A program made the translations under genes and the position numbers. A stretch of DNA of 64,000 nt, from NCBI GenBank assembly GCA_048013815.1, contig CM106586.1:23188001-23252000 (forward strand), given 5' to 3'. Of this stretch, positions 34,990 to 47,760 are shown one piece after another (positions within the stretch are counted from its first letter, which is position 1; each line of letters opens with the position of its first letter). Below the pieces are notes generated by a model. That model worked only from the letters and a program-made list of their open reading frames with translations. It did no database searches and was not told the DNA's origin. Source of the DNA: Setoptus koraiensis (taxonomy: Eukaryota; Animalia; Arthropoda).

Positions 34990-36084
34990 TCACGATTCCA
35001 CCGATGTCAGCGATGTGATACTATTTTTCACACTTGTCATTGTCACTATAAGAGATCCTAAAGTGGACTTGAGTGCTGGCAATATGTGCAGGCCTTCTGT
35101 GTCTAGTTCATGTCGTTGATTGGTTTCGATCAACTCTAGACTTGTCTCTAGTATAGCAAGTCTAGATTCAACGAGTTCATAAATATAATATACATGTTCC
35201 CTGAGATTTTGCCTACATCTTTTCCAGTCTATTGATCCCAGATCAACTTTACTGCGAGTTTTGTCATCAAGCCAAGAATATTGCCACAATTTCAATTCCG
35301 GATCTTTTCGCTCAACTGTGAGCAGGCTGACCTTTGCTTGAATGCTGTGAATAACTCTTTGAATCTCTTTAGCTTCGTTTGAGATCTCAGAAACTTTATG
35401 CACTGGTTGTTTGAGGACAGTGTCATAATCATATTGTTGTATGTGCGAGAAGGAATCATGGTTATCTCCAATATTATTATTGTTATTGTTACTAATATTG
35501 TTGATATTATTTCCATCAATTGGAGCCAGCGATTCTGATTCACTCGCATCAATTTTTTGCTCAATAGAGCAATTTTGAGCCGAGTGATTGTATTTGGTGG
35601 GACAGAGAAACTTGTACCATGATATTGGTTGCACAAGTGACTTTCTAACCATTTTGTTCGGATATGAACAATAAGCGCATTTGTAATTATTAGGTACATC
35701 CTCCTCTCTACCGACATTGATACAATGTAGATGTTGCCATGTCAGACATGATTCACATTCTACAAACGTTCCAATGTCTTGATTGATGCCACATGGGCAC
35801 CTTATGTCACCACTTTTGTAGTTGTTGTGATCATCTTCTAGTTCGTCCTGTTTGTTTTTCTTCTCTTCTTTCTTTTGTTGTTTATCCTGTGGGCTACCCC
35901 CCTCGACGACATGTTCAGATTTGTTGCTCGCCGATGATGACGACGATTTGCGACGCTTTGGTGAGGTGCCAGAAGAGACGAGAGGTGGGCAGGAGCGTTT
36001 CTTTAACTTTGGCAATTTCACTATCAGGTATTCTCTTGGTGAAGAGAGTGAATTCTTTTTTGATTTAATGGCGGTATTCAACAT
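34990..36084 (-). CDS. PHD-finger protein resembling the C-terminal part of PHF20/MBD-R2, 364 aa from first ATG
   Basis: PHD C4HC3: IRCPCG..FVECESCLTWQHLHC..VPNNYKCAYC; PHF20-like tail DPELKLWQYSW and CRQNLREHV..RLAILE. Frame is open to ~36280 without ATG, so an upstream exon is possible. Confidence 0.7.
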   Translation of the reverse strand: MLNTAIKSKKNSLSSPREYLIVKLPKLKKRSCPPLVSSGTSPKRRKSSSSSASNKSEHVVEGGSPQDKQQKKEEKKNKQDELEDDHNNYKSGDIRCPCGINQDIGTFVECESCLTWQHLHCINVGREEDVPNNYKCAYCSYPNKMVRKSLVQPISWYKFLCPTKYNHSAQNCSIEQKIDASESESLAPIDGNNINNISNNNNNNIGDNHDSFSHIQQYDYDTVLKQPVHKVSEISNEAKEIQRVIHSIQAKVSLLTVERKDPELKLWQYSWLDDKTRSKVDLGSIDWKRCRQNLREHVYYIYELVESRLAILETSLELIETNQRHELDTEGLHILPALKSTLGSLIVTMTSVKNSITSLTSVES

Positions 36085-39000
36085 CTGTGTGAGTGTCTCT
36101 ATTTTTTGTTGCCAATAAATCAACAATGAAACACTTTGTGCTCCTGGGTCAAAGATCGAATTTACAACTAGAATTAACAGCTCGATTGCTAGGTTGCTAT
36201 GTGCCTCAACCGATATGTTTGTGTGTGTCCAATGTGTTCTATAAATAGTAATAAAATGATGATGATAAAGTCGCTAATAATAAATAATAATCATCTTGCC
36301 TATTTAATGGTCGTGGTAGTGGGTTGTTGTTGGTGGAAGCCGGCCAAGTTGATGATCATGCTACCGTGTACCTAATGAATGGTCATGGCACGAATATCGT
36401 ACATAGTAAACAGTGGAGAAAGAGAACAACGCTAGCTGGTTGGACCGCATTGTGCCACCTGTATATGAGTGAGTATGTGTGTGTAGATGGCGCCAAATTT
36501 GAAAAGCATTTTTTCGAATTTTATAAACAATCCTAAACAATTGTTATCGGTTGACAGAGGCGCCAGAACAGGTGCAATTATCTCATTAGGCCATGGTCGA
36601 TGGGCCTGATTATTGTTAATTAAAATTCATTAATTGAAGCACGTCACTGGCACGTAGAGGGCGGCAGTGTTGAGTGTGTCCAAGATATTGCAGACCCACA
36701 GCGAGAGGGAATAAGGAGTTCTCTGTGGTCTTTTTTATTTGTTCGCAGATCAATTCAGTCTTGTCAGCCAAATCGAAAAACGCCAAATCAAATTGAGGCA
36801 AATCAAGTGAAGTCACAGCACAGTCATGTATATCGCCGTGGCTGTATAGCCGAAAACAAATTGAATTGAATCAAATTTGTTTTCGGCAAGTGCAAGGGCA
36901 ATAAATGGCGGCGGCGCCGCTACAACTTGCAAAAAGACTTGCTGGTCTGCTGCAAGAAACATGGAGACATGGCAAACAGAAAGAAAGAGACAGGCAGAGC
37001 GACAGTCAGATAGACAGAGAGATCTTGACTAACAATCTTTTCTCTCTCTCTTTATTTGCGCTTCTTTCGACTTTTCTTAATATAATTAGATGATGTTCTG
37101 AACTTGTGTGCATGTCTGCTGACGATGATAGAAGAAGTATCAATAATAAAAGCATATATAAAGAAGGATAAAATGAATTAATTGACGATGGGCATGGGCT
37201 TCGGTATCAACATCAACCTGAGCATTAGTGTATAAGTATAAAAATCAAGTATCAGAATCAGTATCATTATCAGTATTAGTATCATCGTCAGCAGCGCCAG
37301 CACAATCAGTACTAGTGAGAGAGAGAGAGAGCTGGGGAGTACAACTGCATATCATCGACACAATCTAAGTAGACGTATCATAATAATAATCTGGTCGTAT
37401 CATCACTATGGGCAATTGATTGGGACGATGATGATGATTTTAAAAAATACACCTGTGAGTGTGTGTGTGTCAGTTTTTGCTGTCAGTCACCTAACAGGTA
37501 CAACGACAGCGATAGCGATCATCGTCGTCATAGTCATCATCATCATCATCAGCAGTGAGCATTAGAAGATCACTAGGCAATCAAACAGGTGACTTTGACC
37601 ACTCATCGTCATGATCGATTGTTGAGTGGCCAGTAAGTAATTAGCGCAAATCTGCTCGCAAATCGCACTCACCTGTCTGTCTAAATAAAGAATATACACT
37701 TTGCGGCTTCTTTAATCTACACGATTTCAAGATTCTATCTAGAGATAATCAATTAACGTCGCTAATCTATGGTCTATCTGAGCAGCTTATACCTTGGCTC
37801 TATCATTATACCCTTACAATGACGCTGTTTCTTCTACCGTCGATACCGTAGCTAGAGCTACTTTAGGTAAACGAGGCATCAATTGACGAAGATTAGCTGT
37901 TTGGCAGCGGCCACAGTTTTTCTTTCTTCTCTAGATGATCTCTTCTGATCTCTTGATTTTTGTTGTCTTGTGTTGTCTTTTGTTGCTAATCTTGTGTTGC
38001 CTGTCGATTGAACCACACATTCGTTCGGGCTGACAGCCGATCAAACGGCTCTAAATAGTATTGGTCAGCGCAAATTTTGTTGTTTGATTCTACCCGAAAT
38101 CAGTGCTGTTGCCTAGGACGACCATAATGGTAAATTGCTCAATCGATTGGAATCAATCGCCTCATTAGGACTTAATTGCGGCCTTTGCCAAAGCTATTCG
38201 TCATGACCATTTGTCTTGGGCCGTCATTGTCGTGTGTGCGTGTTGAAACAACAGCAACAACACCAACGGCTATGTTGAATGTTGTTGTTTGTCTCTGTAA
38301 TGTTTGTATCTGTTCTGATTTCAAACTAACAACTTTGATCTGCTGTTAATGGTCGGTCGCAAATTATAGAGAGCGTGCAATCGGCCGATAATTTTAGCCT
38401 GCTGATAACTTTCATTACACACACACATAGATAGAGAGAGAATGCCTAAACAGTAATAACAATTAAACAATAAAAACAAATTGTTTTGCGCGTCACTTTG
38501 AGCGCTCGTTGTTGTTGCTCGTGCAACAAGACAAATGAGAGCGCCCCCGTTTCTATCATTTTCGGCCTGCTTCGTTCTATCACAATAGATTTGATGCGTT
38601 GATGGTGGTCTGAATAACAAATTAGTTGATTGTTTGTCCGCAATTTGGACTGTTAATTCGATAGCCCATCGTTCAGATATCCGATATACCACCAAACAAG
38701 CGGTGGTGCCCACCCTTGTTGTTGTCTGGCTGTCGTCGCGTTGTTGCCTTGCACGCTTTAGCGGCCAAATAACTGTATATGTGGATACGCCAATCTGGGC
38801 GCAATGACCGGCCAGAGAAACAGCATCGATCTAGCCGGATTTCCTCGGACAACATTGGTTTTTTGGGCCCAAGAAGCCCATCTCTAGCCTGGACCTGATG
38901 CATGCAAGCACGCGCTGAAAGTAGCTGTTCAATGTGAGCGGCTTAAAGGAGTTTCTGGTGACACAATAGCAGGCAACAACTAATTAGTTACGATGCTTTC

Positions 39001-40583
39001 TCATTCGCTCTCTCATTCTTTGAATTGTCCTACAATTCAAACAATGAACGTCAGCGGCGGATGTGGGAGCATATTGGCGATAACACAAGAGAACAAATGA
39101 ATTCTCGCTCGTCATCGCGATAGGTCGCCGATCCTAGCTAAATTACAGCGACAGTCGTTTAGTTGCAATTCGGCCCCTTCTGCTAAGTTGACGGTGAGTA
39201 GCCATGGTCTAGTTAGAAAATTGGGAGCAAGAAGCGAATGCGTTCTGGCGTGTCGTTGATGGGCACGACCATTACTTGCATCTACCGTTACTCAGCGGAC
39301 GGGCATTGTTGTTGGCGATTCAACAGGGGATATTATCGCCAGCACTAGCGGTACTGACGACACGCCTAATATGCACGTATAAACATATCGGCTGCTGCAT
39401 TGCATCAGAGTGCCAGCCTTGTATAGAAAAATAAGGGAAGCCTATATACATAATATCGTAATATGAGCAAACGGCATACGTTTGTGTTCAGCGCCATTGT
39501 CTCTGCGGCCGGCAACGTGCTACGTGTTTGCTTACGTGTTGGCCTGTCCGGCCCAGCTATTGGCGTTTGCGTCTGGCGCTCGTAAAAATTCTTTGCTGAG
39601 AGAGATCGCATTTTATTTAATTTTATGACTACTGGCGACGCTGCCGTTGCCGGCATTCGCTTCATTTTGGTTTCATGCGCAGAGTGTCCGTTGTTGTTGT
39701 TGCTGCAAGCAAACAGCATGACATGCCAGTAATGGTGGCCAAATTAAAACATTGCGCACTAAAACCATAGTTGCTAGATATAGTTGGGGGCCACAGTCTG
39801 CATGAGGCATAGCGGCAGTTGCATTTGCAGCGCCAGCGAGACCATGATACAATGCTATATCTCTCTGTATATACATATGCGAGCCTGATAGTGGCGCAAT
39901 TCGGCGAACCGGCCGTAACTTTACGACTTTTTTCGAAAGTCACAAAAGTCGCCCGGAGTGTCCCAAAGTCGCGGCGCGGATTTTCCTTTGGCCATCTGAC
40001 TGTCTGAATCCATTGCGCCAGCCCGACCATTCGGCATGCCGGCCATCCGTGGCCAGTGGTTCGCCTCTGGTTGGTTGTTGGTTGCCTGGCTGGCTGGTTC
40101 GTGGCACTAGCGACTGTTGTGAGCAATATAGGGCAGAGAAGGGAAAATTTTATGTGCGTCGGGCCTCAAGAACCTTACCAGCTTTAGGGTGGTCCCGGCC
40201 AGTGTCTGGTCGACGACGACGACGACGTAAACACATATATGTGCGCGGTTGTTGTGTATTCGCACGGCCGCTCCAGAACGGGCGTCCGTTCTCAGGGCTG
40301 GCCCCACGAGACAATGCGATCGATCGTTTTGGCCGCGGCTTGTTTGCCCGGTTTTAGGTTCTAATCGACCGGTTGGCTCGCCGTGGAGAGTGACAGCCAC
40401 CGGGGTGTTAGGCCGTCCACGGCTGACGCCGACAATTCATGCTCGGGTTAGCCCGGAAGTGCCGAGTCGGCAGGTCGACTGGCGAGCAACCAATGAGTCT
40501 CAAGTCGACGTGAGCTAGTTAGCGAGCTATGAGTTGGGGTGGCCGTAATTTTCGCATAATTAGCGACTCGGAGTCGAGTTTTC

Positions 40584-40586
<3 letters not shown>

Positions 40587-40652
<66 letters not shown>
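40587..40652. repeat. (TC)33 microsatellite
   Basis: Perfect 66-bp run, the longest GA/TC tract seen in the window. Confidence 0.95.
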
Positions 40653-40655
<3 letters not shown>

Positions 40656-41300
40656 TGCCTTTGTGAATTGTGTGCTGCTGACAGGTGCAAACACACCTAT
40701 ACCTTTACCTATTCACCTGTACCTCGAGCTGTCGTAGAGGCACGTGGGTGTATGATAATGCTACATGCATGATAATGTTGTTTGGCAGTGTAATAATGTA
40801 ATTGGCAGTAAGAATTATAAGAATGGCCGCCGCTGCTGATTCATTGCCCGTCGTCTGACAGCTTCTTTGGTCGGTCGGGCTGCCGTCGTCGTCGCCGGCG
40901 CGTATGATAGAAGCCTATATAAGTAAGCGTACATGAGTGTGTCGGTTTAACTCACACTGGCGGCTAATAATTATCTCTCTCCGGCTGGTGAGTTGTCGCT
41001 TGATTTGGATGCCTTCGTCCTCAAACAAGCCCAGCCACGGCGACACACTCAAACCTGGCGACAGGTGAACAGCAAGCGGCGGTCAGCACAAAGGCAGCAG
41101 CCATAAGTCACACGGCCAGCGCCAGACCAAAGACAAATGATGGCACCTGATGACGGCCGATCAACTTATCATTCGCCAACACCCATTAGCGTCAGGATTA
41201 GAATGCAGGCGAGCACGGCGAGCCGTAGGAATGCAGCAGTAAAGAAAACTAAAAGTTTTTATACTTTCTTTGCGTGTGCGCTTTATATATATATATATGT

Positions 41301-41390
41301 ATTCGCGTCATCTCGGTTATATTCGCGTCATCGCGGTTACATTCGCGGTATATTGGTATATATATAACTCGCGAATGTGACTCGGATAGC
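41301..41390. repeat. 20-bp tandem repeat (2.5 units) ending in an inverted copy (fold-back)
   Basis: attcgcgtcatctcggttat / attcgcgtcatcgcggttac / attcgcgg; GTTACATTCGCG (41336-41347) pairs with CGCGAATGTGAC (41370-41381). Confidence 0.8.
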
Positions 41391-42469
41391 TTGTCGGCTG
41401 GAGCGACAACTTTTTGACGGCGCCAAGCTCGCTGGTCGCGATTCGCGCCGATCCACACGACACAAGCATGCGGAATGTTGCTCGAAGCACGGAGGCGGCC
41501 AGTTCACTGTCGGTGTGCTGGCTCATTGGTCGACGCCGTTGCCAGCTGACAAAAAGAATATAGATCTCATCCGAGCGGCGCTGTCGCTCGAACAATTGGC
41601 CGCATCGGCTCAGCCGAAACTGATCAGCTGCGAGGCTCGCCCGGTGCCGGTGCCGCGAGAGCAGCCCGGCTCGGCCAGCTTGTCGGGCCAGCTTGTCGGG
41701 CCGGCGGCCACTGGCAAGCGATGGCCGAAATAACAGCGATCGGCCGATTGGTGAGAATATTGGCCGCCGGACCGGCCAGCCAGCAAACAACGAGGGACAC
41801 ACAAGGAGCCTACTGTGAACAGGCACACTTTTACGACCGCGCTCCGTTCGAGTTTGATTGGATCGGCTCTGGCCGGATTGACTCGGCTCGGCTCGAGTCT
41901 GCCGGCAGCGGCTCGGCTCGAGTTTGCTCGCAACGGCCCGAATTGGATATGGTACGGCCGTCGGAGGCTTGGCGTAGCCGGCGCGGCCGCAACGCAACTG
42001 CTGTCGGCCGTGGCTTAATTTAATTTTATTATATCGGCATACTATTGTGCGCACTGGCCTTGTTGCCGGTGTTACCGTGGCCGTTGCCGTTGCTGCCGTG
42101 GTTGTTGCTGGTCGCAGCATCACCTCGGGCCTCCTCGGTTGTGCTGTCAGCAGCTGAGCGGCGAGTGTGCCGGCCAGCAGGCCGGCCAACAACAATGACA
42201 ACAACAGGAAAATGGAGTAATTCCTTTGTTAGTGCGCTGGTTGCGCCATTTTACGACCAGCGTCGGCACCGGCCCAACAGCCGCGCGTAAGCCGACCAGC
42301 CAGCGACCGGGTTGCCGGATTGGATTGGATCTGATCGCAGCAGCGACGTCGACGCTCAACCCTTTCGAGCCGCCGCCTGTCAGCCTGTCACTCTCCAATG
42401 GTGTCGTCAGCCATCAAGGTCGCTCAGTGCCTTGGATGGCGCGCCGAGTCGCGAGCCTGCCCTGTAAGC

Positions 42470-42565
42470 TATCCAGCGATCCGCGTATCCAGCTATTTGT
42501 ATATCCTGCCATCCGCATATTCAGCCGCTCGCATATCCAGCCACTCGCATATCAAGCTGTCTGCC
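42470..42565. repeat. 16-bp-period degenerate minisatellite, 6 units with conserved TATCCAGC half
   Basis: Octamers at 42470, 42486, 42502, 42518, 42534, 42550. Confidence 0.8.
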
Positions 42566-43409
42566 AGCCAGCCGGCGAGCGAGCCGAGAGGCGTCTTTCG
42601 CAACGTCGCGGGCGCCCGTTCCCACTCGTCGGCGATCAGTCAGCTGCTCGACGGTTCGCCGACGGTTTGCCGACTGTTGCCCGCAGCCCGGCCGCAGTTT
42701 GCTGGCGCGATGTGGCAACCGCCGGCAGTCGTCGGCAGTCGACAGTCGACAGCCAGATCGGATCGGATGTGCCCAGAGAGCAGGTCGGCGGGAACAGGCC
42801 GACGCGCGGAGTCGTCGTTAAAGCCTGTGAGAGATCCGAATTTTACGATCTTGCGATCGGGTATGTGCGCGCGCTTCCCCACCAGCCGGCCGCTTTATAG
42901 GCCTGTCGCAAGTTGGCTGACATTGCGAGCCATTGTGTGTCGCACAGAAGCCAGCCAGCGAGCCGATAAAATGCCTGCCAGTCAGCCTGGCGAGCTGTTG
43001 TGTCGAGTTCTCGCAGACGCTGCGAACAGAGCGCTCGACTGATATGTGCAATGTCACAAATGTTTCGCATTCGATGTTTACTGTTGGTTAGGCAACTGCC
43101 AGCCAGCCAGCAGAAGTGACGCTGCCGTGGCTGTTGTTGCTGTTGCCGTTGCAGTTGTTGAAGTGGTTGTGCAAATGCTGTTGTTGGCGTTGTGCAAATG
43201 CTGCTGCTGTTGGCGTTGTGCGGAGTCGCGCAAACTAGTCGCGACGAGTGCCCATGACGGATCCATTATAGGCGCACATCCTATAGGCGCCCTTGATGTT
43301 GTTGCCAATTTTAATTGCCCCGCTCTCTCTCTCTCTCGTTGCTCACTGGCAGCGAGCGAGTCGACGAGTCGAGTTTACTCGACTACGCCGAGCTCATCAC
43401 GTCATCCGT

Positions 43410-43511
43410 CTGCCGCTGCCGCTGCTGTTGTTGCTGTTGCTGTTGTTGCTGCCGCTGTTGTTGCTGCCGCTGTTGTTGCTGTTGTTGCTGTTGTTGCTGC
43501 TGTTGTTGTTG
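43410..43511. repeat. Mixed (GTT/GCT)n trinucleotide tract
   Basis: ~100-bp run that produces the poly-Leu/Cys/Ala ORFs in the track. Confidence 0.9.
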
Positions 43512-46186
43512 GTCGCCAGAAAGTGCAAGGCTGCGCACGGAATATACAGAGAGATAATGTTGTACCTTGCAGTTGATACATTAGATGCATTTAGCTTTTA
43601 GTTTGTCGATCTGCCAGCCAGCCGTTCTGTTATAGAGGCTGCCTTTTTGAATGAGCTTAGATGCCGCCGCTGATATGCAATCTGTGTGTGCCCGTCGTGA
43701 ATCTCATCAACTCACTATATATATATATACAGTCGGATATATATATAGTCGGGTGAATATATCTCAATTATCTCGGCTTTAGTGCGGCTCGCAAGCGCAC
43801 TCGTTGTTGCTACATGGCGATAATGGTCATGATTTGGACAAATCAAATGTTGCTGCTTGCCATTCGCTGCTATGTCTGTCAGCCAGCCAGTGGCAAGCAA
43901 ACGGACAAAAAAAAGCAAACTGATGCCCGCGATAGTTCGCGAAACTCTATGCCACTAATTAACTTGTTTCTCTGCTATTTTTTTACACTGTGTTCGCGAG
44001 CGGGCGCGCGATAATTTATCGCTGACACACACCATACGCCAGTTATGAGAGCGCGCCCCGTGGCCCCGTTCGCGCATTCTTCGGCCCCGCACGCTCCATT
44101 GGCCCAATGGCTAGCTTTCCCTGGATATTGATACACATACACGGATCGTCACGACACACACCGATTGTCATGACGCGCACTGCATTGTCATGGCTTGCTG
44201 GCCGAGCCAGCGATATCTCGATATATCGTGGATATCCGGTCGCCACGTATGATTCGAGCCACAACGTGTGCGTATGATAGCGGCGCCGAGAGCGGCCACA
44301 AGTGAGCGAAAAGTTTGCGGAGTCGGCCAAAGGCGACCGGCTACCCACAATTGCCGCCAGACGAGTGTATCAGTGGAGCGCTGAGCAGAGTGCATCTTTT
44401 TATGGCCACCAGATGCACCGTCGTCATCGGCGGCAACAACGCCGGGCAGCGGCGAGATGCGCGCTCAAACTCAGGTGAGCACTGTCAGCCTGGCCGCTCT
44501 GGCTGCTCTGGCCGTACCAACGCTGGTTTTAGTGATACTAGTTGCCAGCGCAAGCATGAGAGACGATAATTTTACGACCTCATGTCCAGTCATGACGGTC
44601 GGCCGGCCGACTGGCGGCTGTACTCACTGCTCACTTGTTGTTGTTGTTGGTGGTGGTGCTGTTGCTGTTGCAAAAATCGGTTCGCTTCGGCAAATCAGAC
44701 AAGCAGACGTACGAGCGGACAGACGCTTATTAGATATAGCCGAGACAGATAGAAGTGGCAGCAGAAATTCAAATGATGCCCAATTGGTCGAGACTCGCAA
44801 CTCAAACTCGCCGTGGACAAACCGGCGACGAGACGCACACACGGCACACACGCCTAAACACGCCGAATCACGCAAGAGTAACCCATAGTTGCGCCAATTC
44901 AGACGGCATTATGCTGCTGCTGGCCGATGCGAGCGCGCTTCAATGGGACCTGCTGCAAACAAATGTGGCAGCTAAATTGGTTTTTGTGTGCAGTGCGCTG
45001 CGCTGATCATGCGATGATGGGAGCTCTTTGGCAAAAAATTGACAAAAATCGCTAAATTGGCCAATTGCAACCAATTGCGCCAGCAGACAGGCTATATGGC
45101 TTTGAGACGATGTGTCTGTGCAGTGTGCGCGATTGTCTGGTTGCGCGCCGTTGTGGCCACGAAGCCTAAACGCAGCCCGTATTATCCGCTGCATGCAGCC
45201 CAGCGCAGATGATACGGCCCAGATATGGCAATATGGACTGTGTGGTATATGATATGGTGACACGACTGCATGGCGATATAACTGCTGCTGCCGCTGTTAT
45301 CAGTGACACAGCAACGACCAATGATAACCATCTGTGGCTAGCTTCTTGTTGATTTTACACCGATCTGGCTGCTCGGCGCCCATAATGTTAGATTGGTTAA
45401 AGTGGCGAGGCAACAACATGATCATCTGACCCTTACAAGGTGGCTCGCGACGCGATTTGTCAACATGATTGGTAATTGATAATCGTTAGTAGCCCATTGA
45501 GCCGCAGCCACCAGAAACAGCCAAAGCTGCGAGATAATTAATGTTGATAATAAACAAACAATAACTCTACGATGAGCATCACTATAAAACAGTATAAACA
45601 ACTAAACAATGCATTGGCGCTGCTGCAACAAAGATTGTAAGATGCGCGTCGAGGCGCCCACATTTATATGATAATTTGCGCTTTGTTGGCCTAATGTTAA
45701 TGGGCTTCTAATTGTCATTGTCTCAACTGCTGCTGTTGCTGTCATACAGCCACTATTTGCCGCAATTTGATGTACACAACTTGATGTCACAATCAACAAC
45801 AGCCCAGTCTGTTGTTGCCAAACTGTCAGCGCCAGTAGCCAGTTTAGTTAGTACAAGTGTTCATAAACACATTGTTGCTTATAGCACCATCATCAAATGG
45901 TATCATAAAACACACACACACACACGCCAGCTAGCCATAGGTCGACTCGCTTATTGGCTGCTTGATGCTTATTACTCATTACCACTACAACATATAACAT
46001 CAACATACAACATCCTAGCCTGTCTAGAGTAGTAATGTTACATAACAACCACAACAGACAAACGCGCAGCCAACGACGAGAGAGAAAAGTAACGACAACT
46101 CAACAGGTATAACAGCTTCATCATAACTGTTTTTATTACTATTTATTATGCCTTTTGCGAATGTTTGCAACTAGTGTATCTGACTC

Positions 46187-46187
<1 letters not shown>

Positions 46188-46228
<41 letters not shown>
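46188..46228. repeat. (AC)20 microsatellite
   Basis: Perfect dinucleotide run. Confidence 0.95.
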
Positions 46229-46229
<1 letters not shown>

Positions 46230-47760
46230 TCGGTTATTGCCATTGCAACTACCAATCAATTGCCACCAACATTTGTCGTCGTGTCAACTAACCTGAAAGA
46301 TTGTTTAGCTCATAAATATCATATTTATAATAAACAGCACCAACGAACTCTCACTAGTGTCGAATCGATGCCACCCAGACAATTGTCAGACACGTTGTCA
46401 CATTGGCTTCCATTCTTTACATTGACAGAATACTACTTTTTGCGAACATTTTCATTCGAACAAATCGCCTGGAGAGATATTAAATGCCTGTCAATGAAAA
46501 TTAGTATTACATAATCTCAGCCGCAGCACAGATTTATCCCGGTCTTTAGTCATGATGTTTCGAGCTGTCATTTGACCTTCACGGGTCAACACTATCAGTA
46601 TAGTTGGTGGCTTTTGAGGCGAGCTGTATCTCGAGGACGGACAACGTTGACATTTTGGTAGCTTCGTGAGCAACGAGTCGATGTAACGAGTTTTCTTTAC
46701 TGAAGCCAATTGTTTTCACGGTGAAAATGTATCTTTCTATTGGCGTGTGCATCTTGATATTTCAAGCTACTAAAAACAAAAGCACTTTCGTCCATGAGCA
46801 CCCATTGATATAATGTGCTGACAATGTAATTCCAACTGCAGAATCCGCGCCGCAATCATACTGTAGAATCGCAGCCGAATGTTTTGCAAGGTTCAGTTGC
46901 TGTCCAAAACTTTTCTTATTATTATAATATGGCAGTATGATTAAAATAGAATCGGGTGTCTTCATTACAATCTCTTCCATAATATGGATACAGTGAACAA
47001 TGTTAACACTCTTTTAGGTACGTTCATCGAGCGTAAAATTTATGAATTGAATAATGGAGTCACACTAATCATTTATTTTCATTATTTATTGGTCGATAAT
47101 TATGGTAATAATTGGCGATAATTGGTCTATGTGAGTCTCGTCGATAATGGATCGAACAATGGCGAATGATAATAGACTGACCAATGAACAGCAGCGAACG
47201 AATGCCAACCACAATAATTGGCGTGCCACAGTGTGAATTTCAGCCTATATATAGGCCACTTTGATCTGATCGGTATACAAATAACAGATTCGCACAACAC
47301 AATGGATAAACATTGCCAACCATTATAGGCCATGAGCCCTATAATGTGTTCTATTAGTGGCGTATGATGCAAGCGTGTGTGCAAAGACAATGCTAAATGA
47401 AGAAAGAATAGACGCATGAACAAGTGTATAAATGCAAGAAATTAACTACAACAACAGCAACAACAACTTTGGACAAGTGAATGGATCCCTCCAAGTGAAT
47501 ACACAACTAACAAGCTGAAGCGATGATAGAAAAACGCCTAAAGAGTTGCAATACTCTTCTTTATTAGAGTGTGTATTCTAGTGGAACTAATTCTCTTGCA
47601 GCTCTTTCTCTCTCTCTCCCTCTCTATCTCTCTGTTTTGGAATATTCGTTTGTTGTTTGTTTGTACTAGTACATGTATAAGTATGTATGTCTGTGTGTAT
47701 AAGTGTGCATGTTTGTGCATGTATAATATTAATAATTATAATTATCTCTAGTTTGCAATA

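Larger units (their letters stand above)
39580..44579. promoter_or_regulatory. Candidate cis-regulatory block with clustered posterior-Hox/Caudal-type TTTTACGA sites
   Basis: TTTTACGA at 41829, 42249, 42841, 44570 (+) and 39580 (-); TTTACGAC at 39920; GC-rich, no recognisable CDS; downstream of Abd-B. Confidence 0.5.

Noticed and set aside
41329-41352. Resemblance of the hairpin arm (minus strand TATACcgcGAATGTAaCCgcGA) to miR-iab-4-5p
   Set aside because: The seed is not preserved, indels are needed, and the arm and strand are opposite to the iab-4/iab-8 arrangement.
42470-42565. Repeat-spacer look resembling a tiny CRISPR array
   Set aside because: 8-bp repeats, related 8-bp spacers, eukaryotic context and no cas genes.
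43293-43601. Poly-Leu/Cys/Ala/Thr ORFs
   Set aside because: They are translations of the (GTT/GCT)n tract.
39405-45263. Many overlapping 60-295 aa ORFs, including the 295-aa ORF 41317-42204 with a signal-like start
   Set aside because: GC-rich DNA with ORFs in most frames, many with TTG/GTG starts, no domain motifs, Arg/Ala/Pro-biased translations; best explained as chance.
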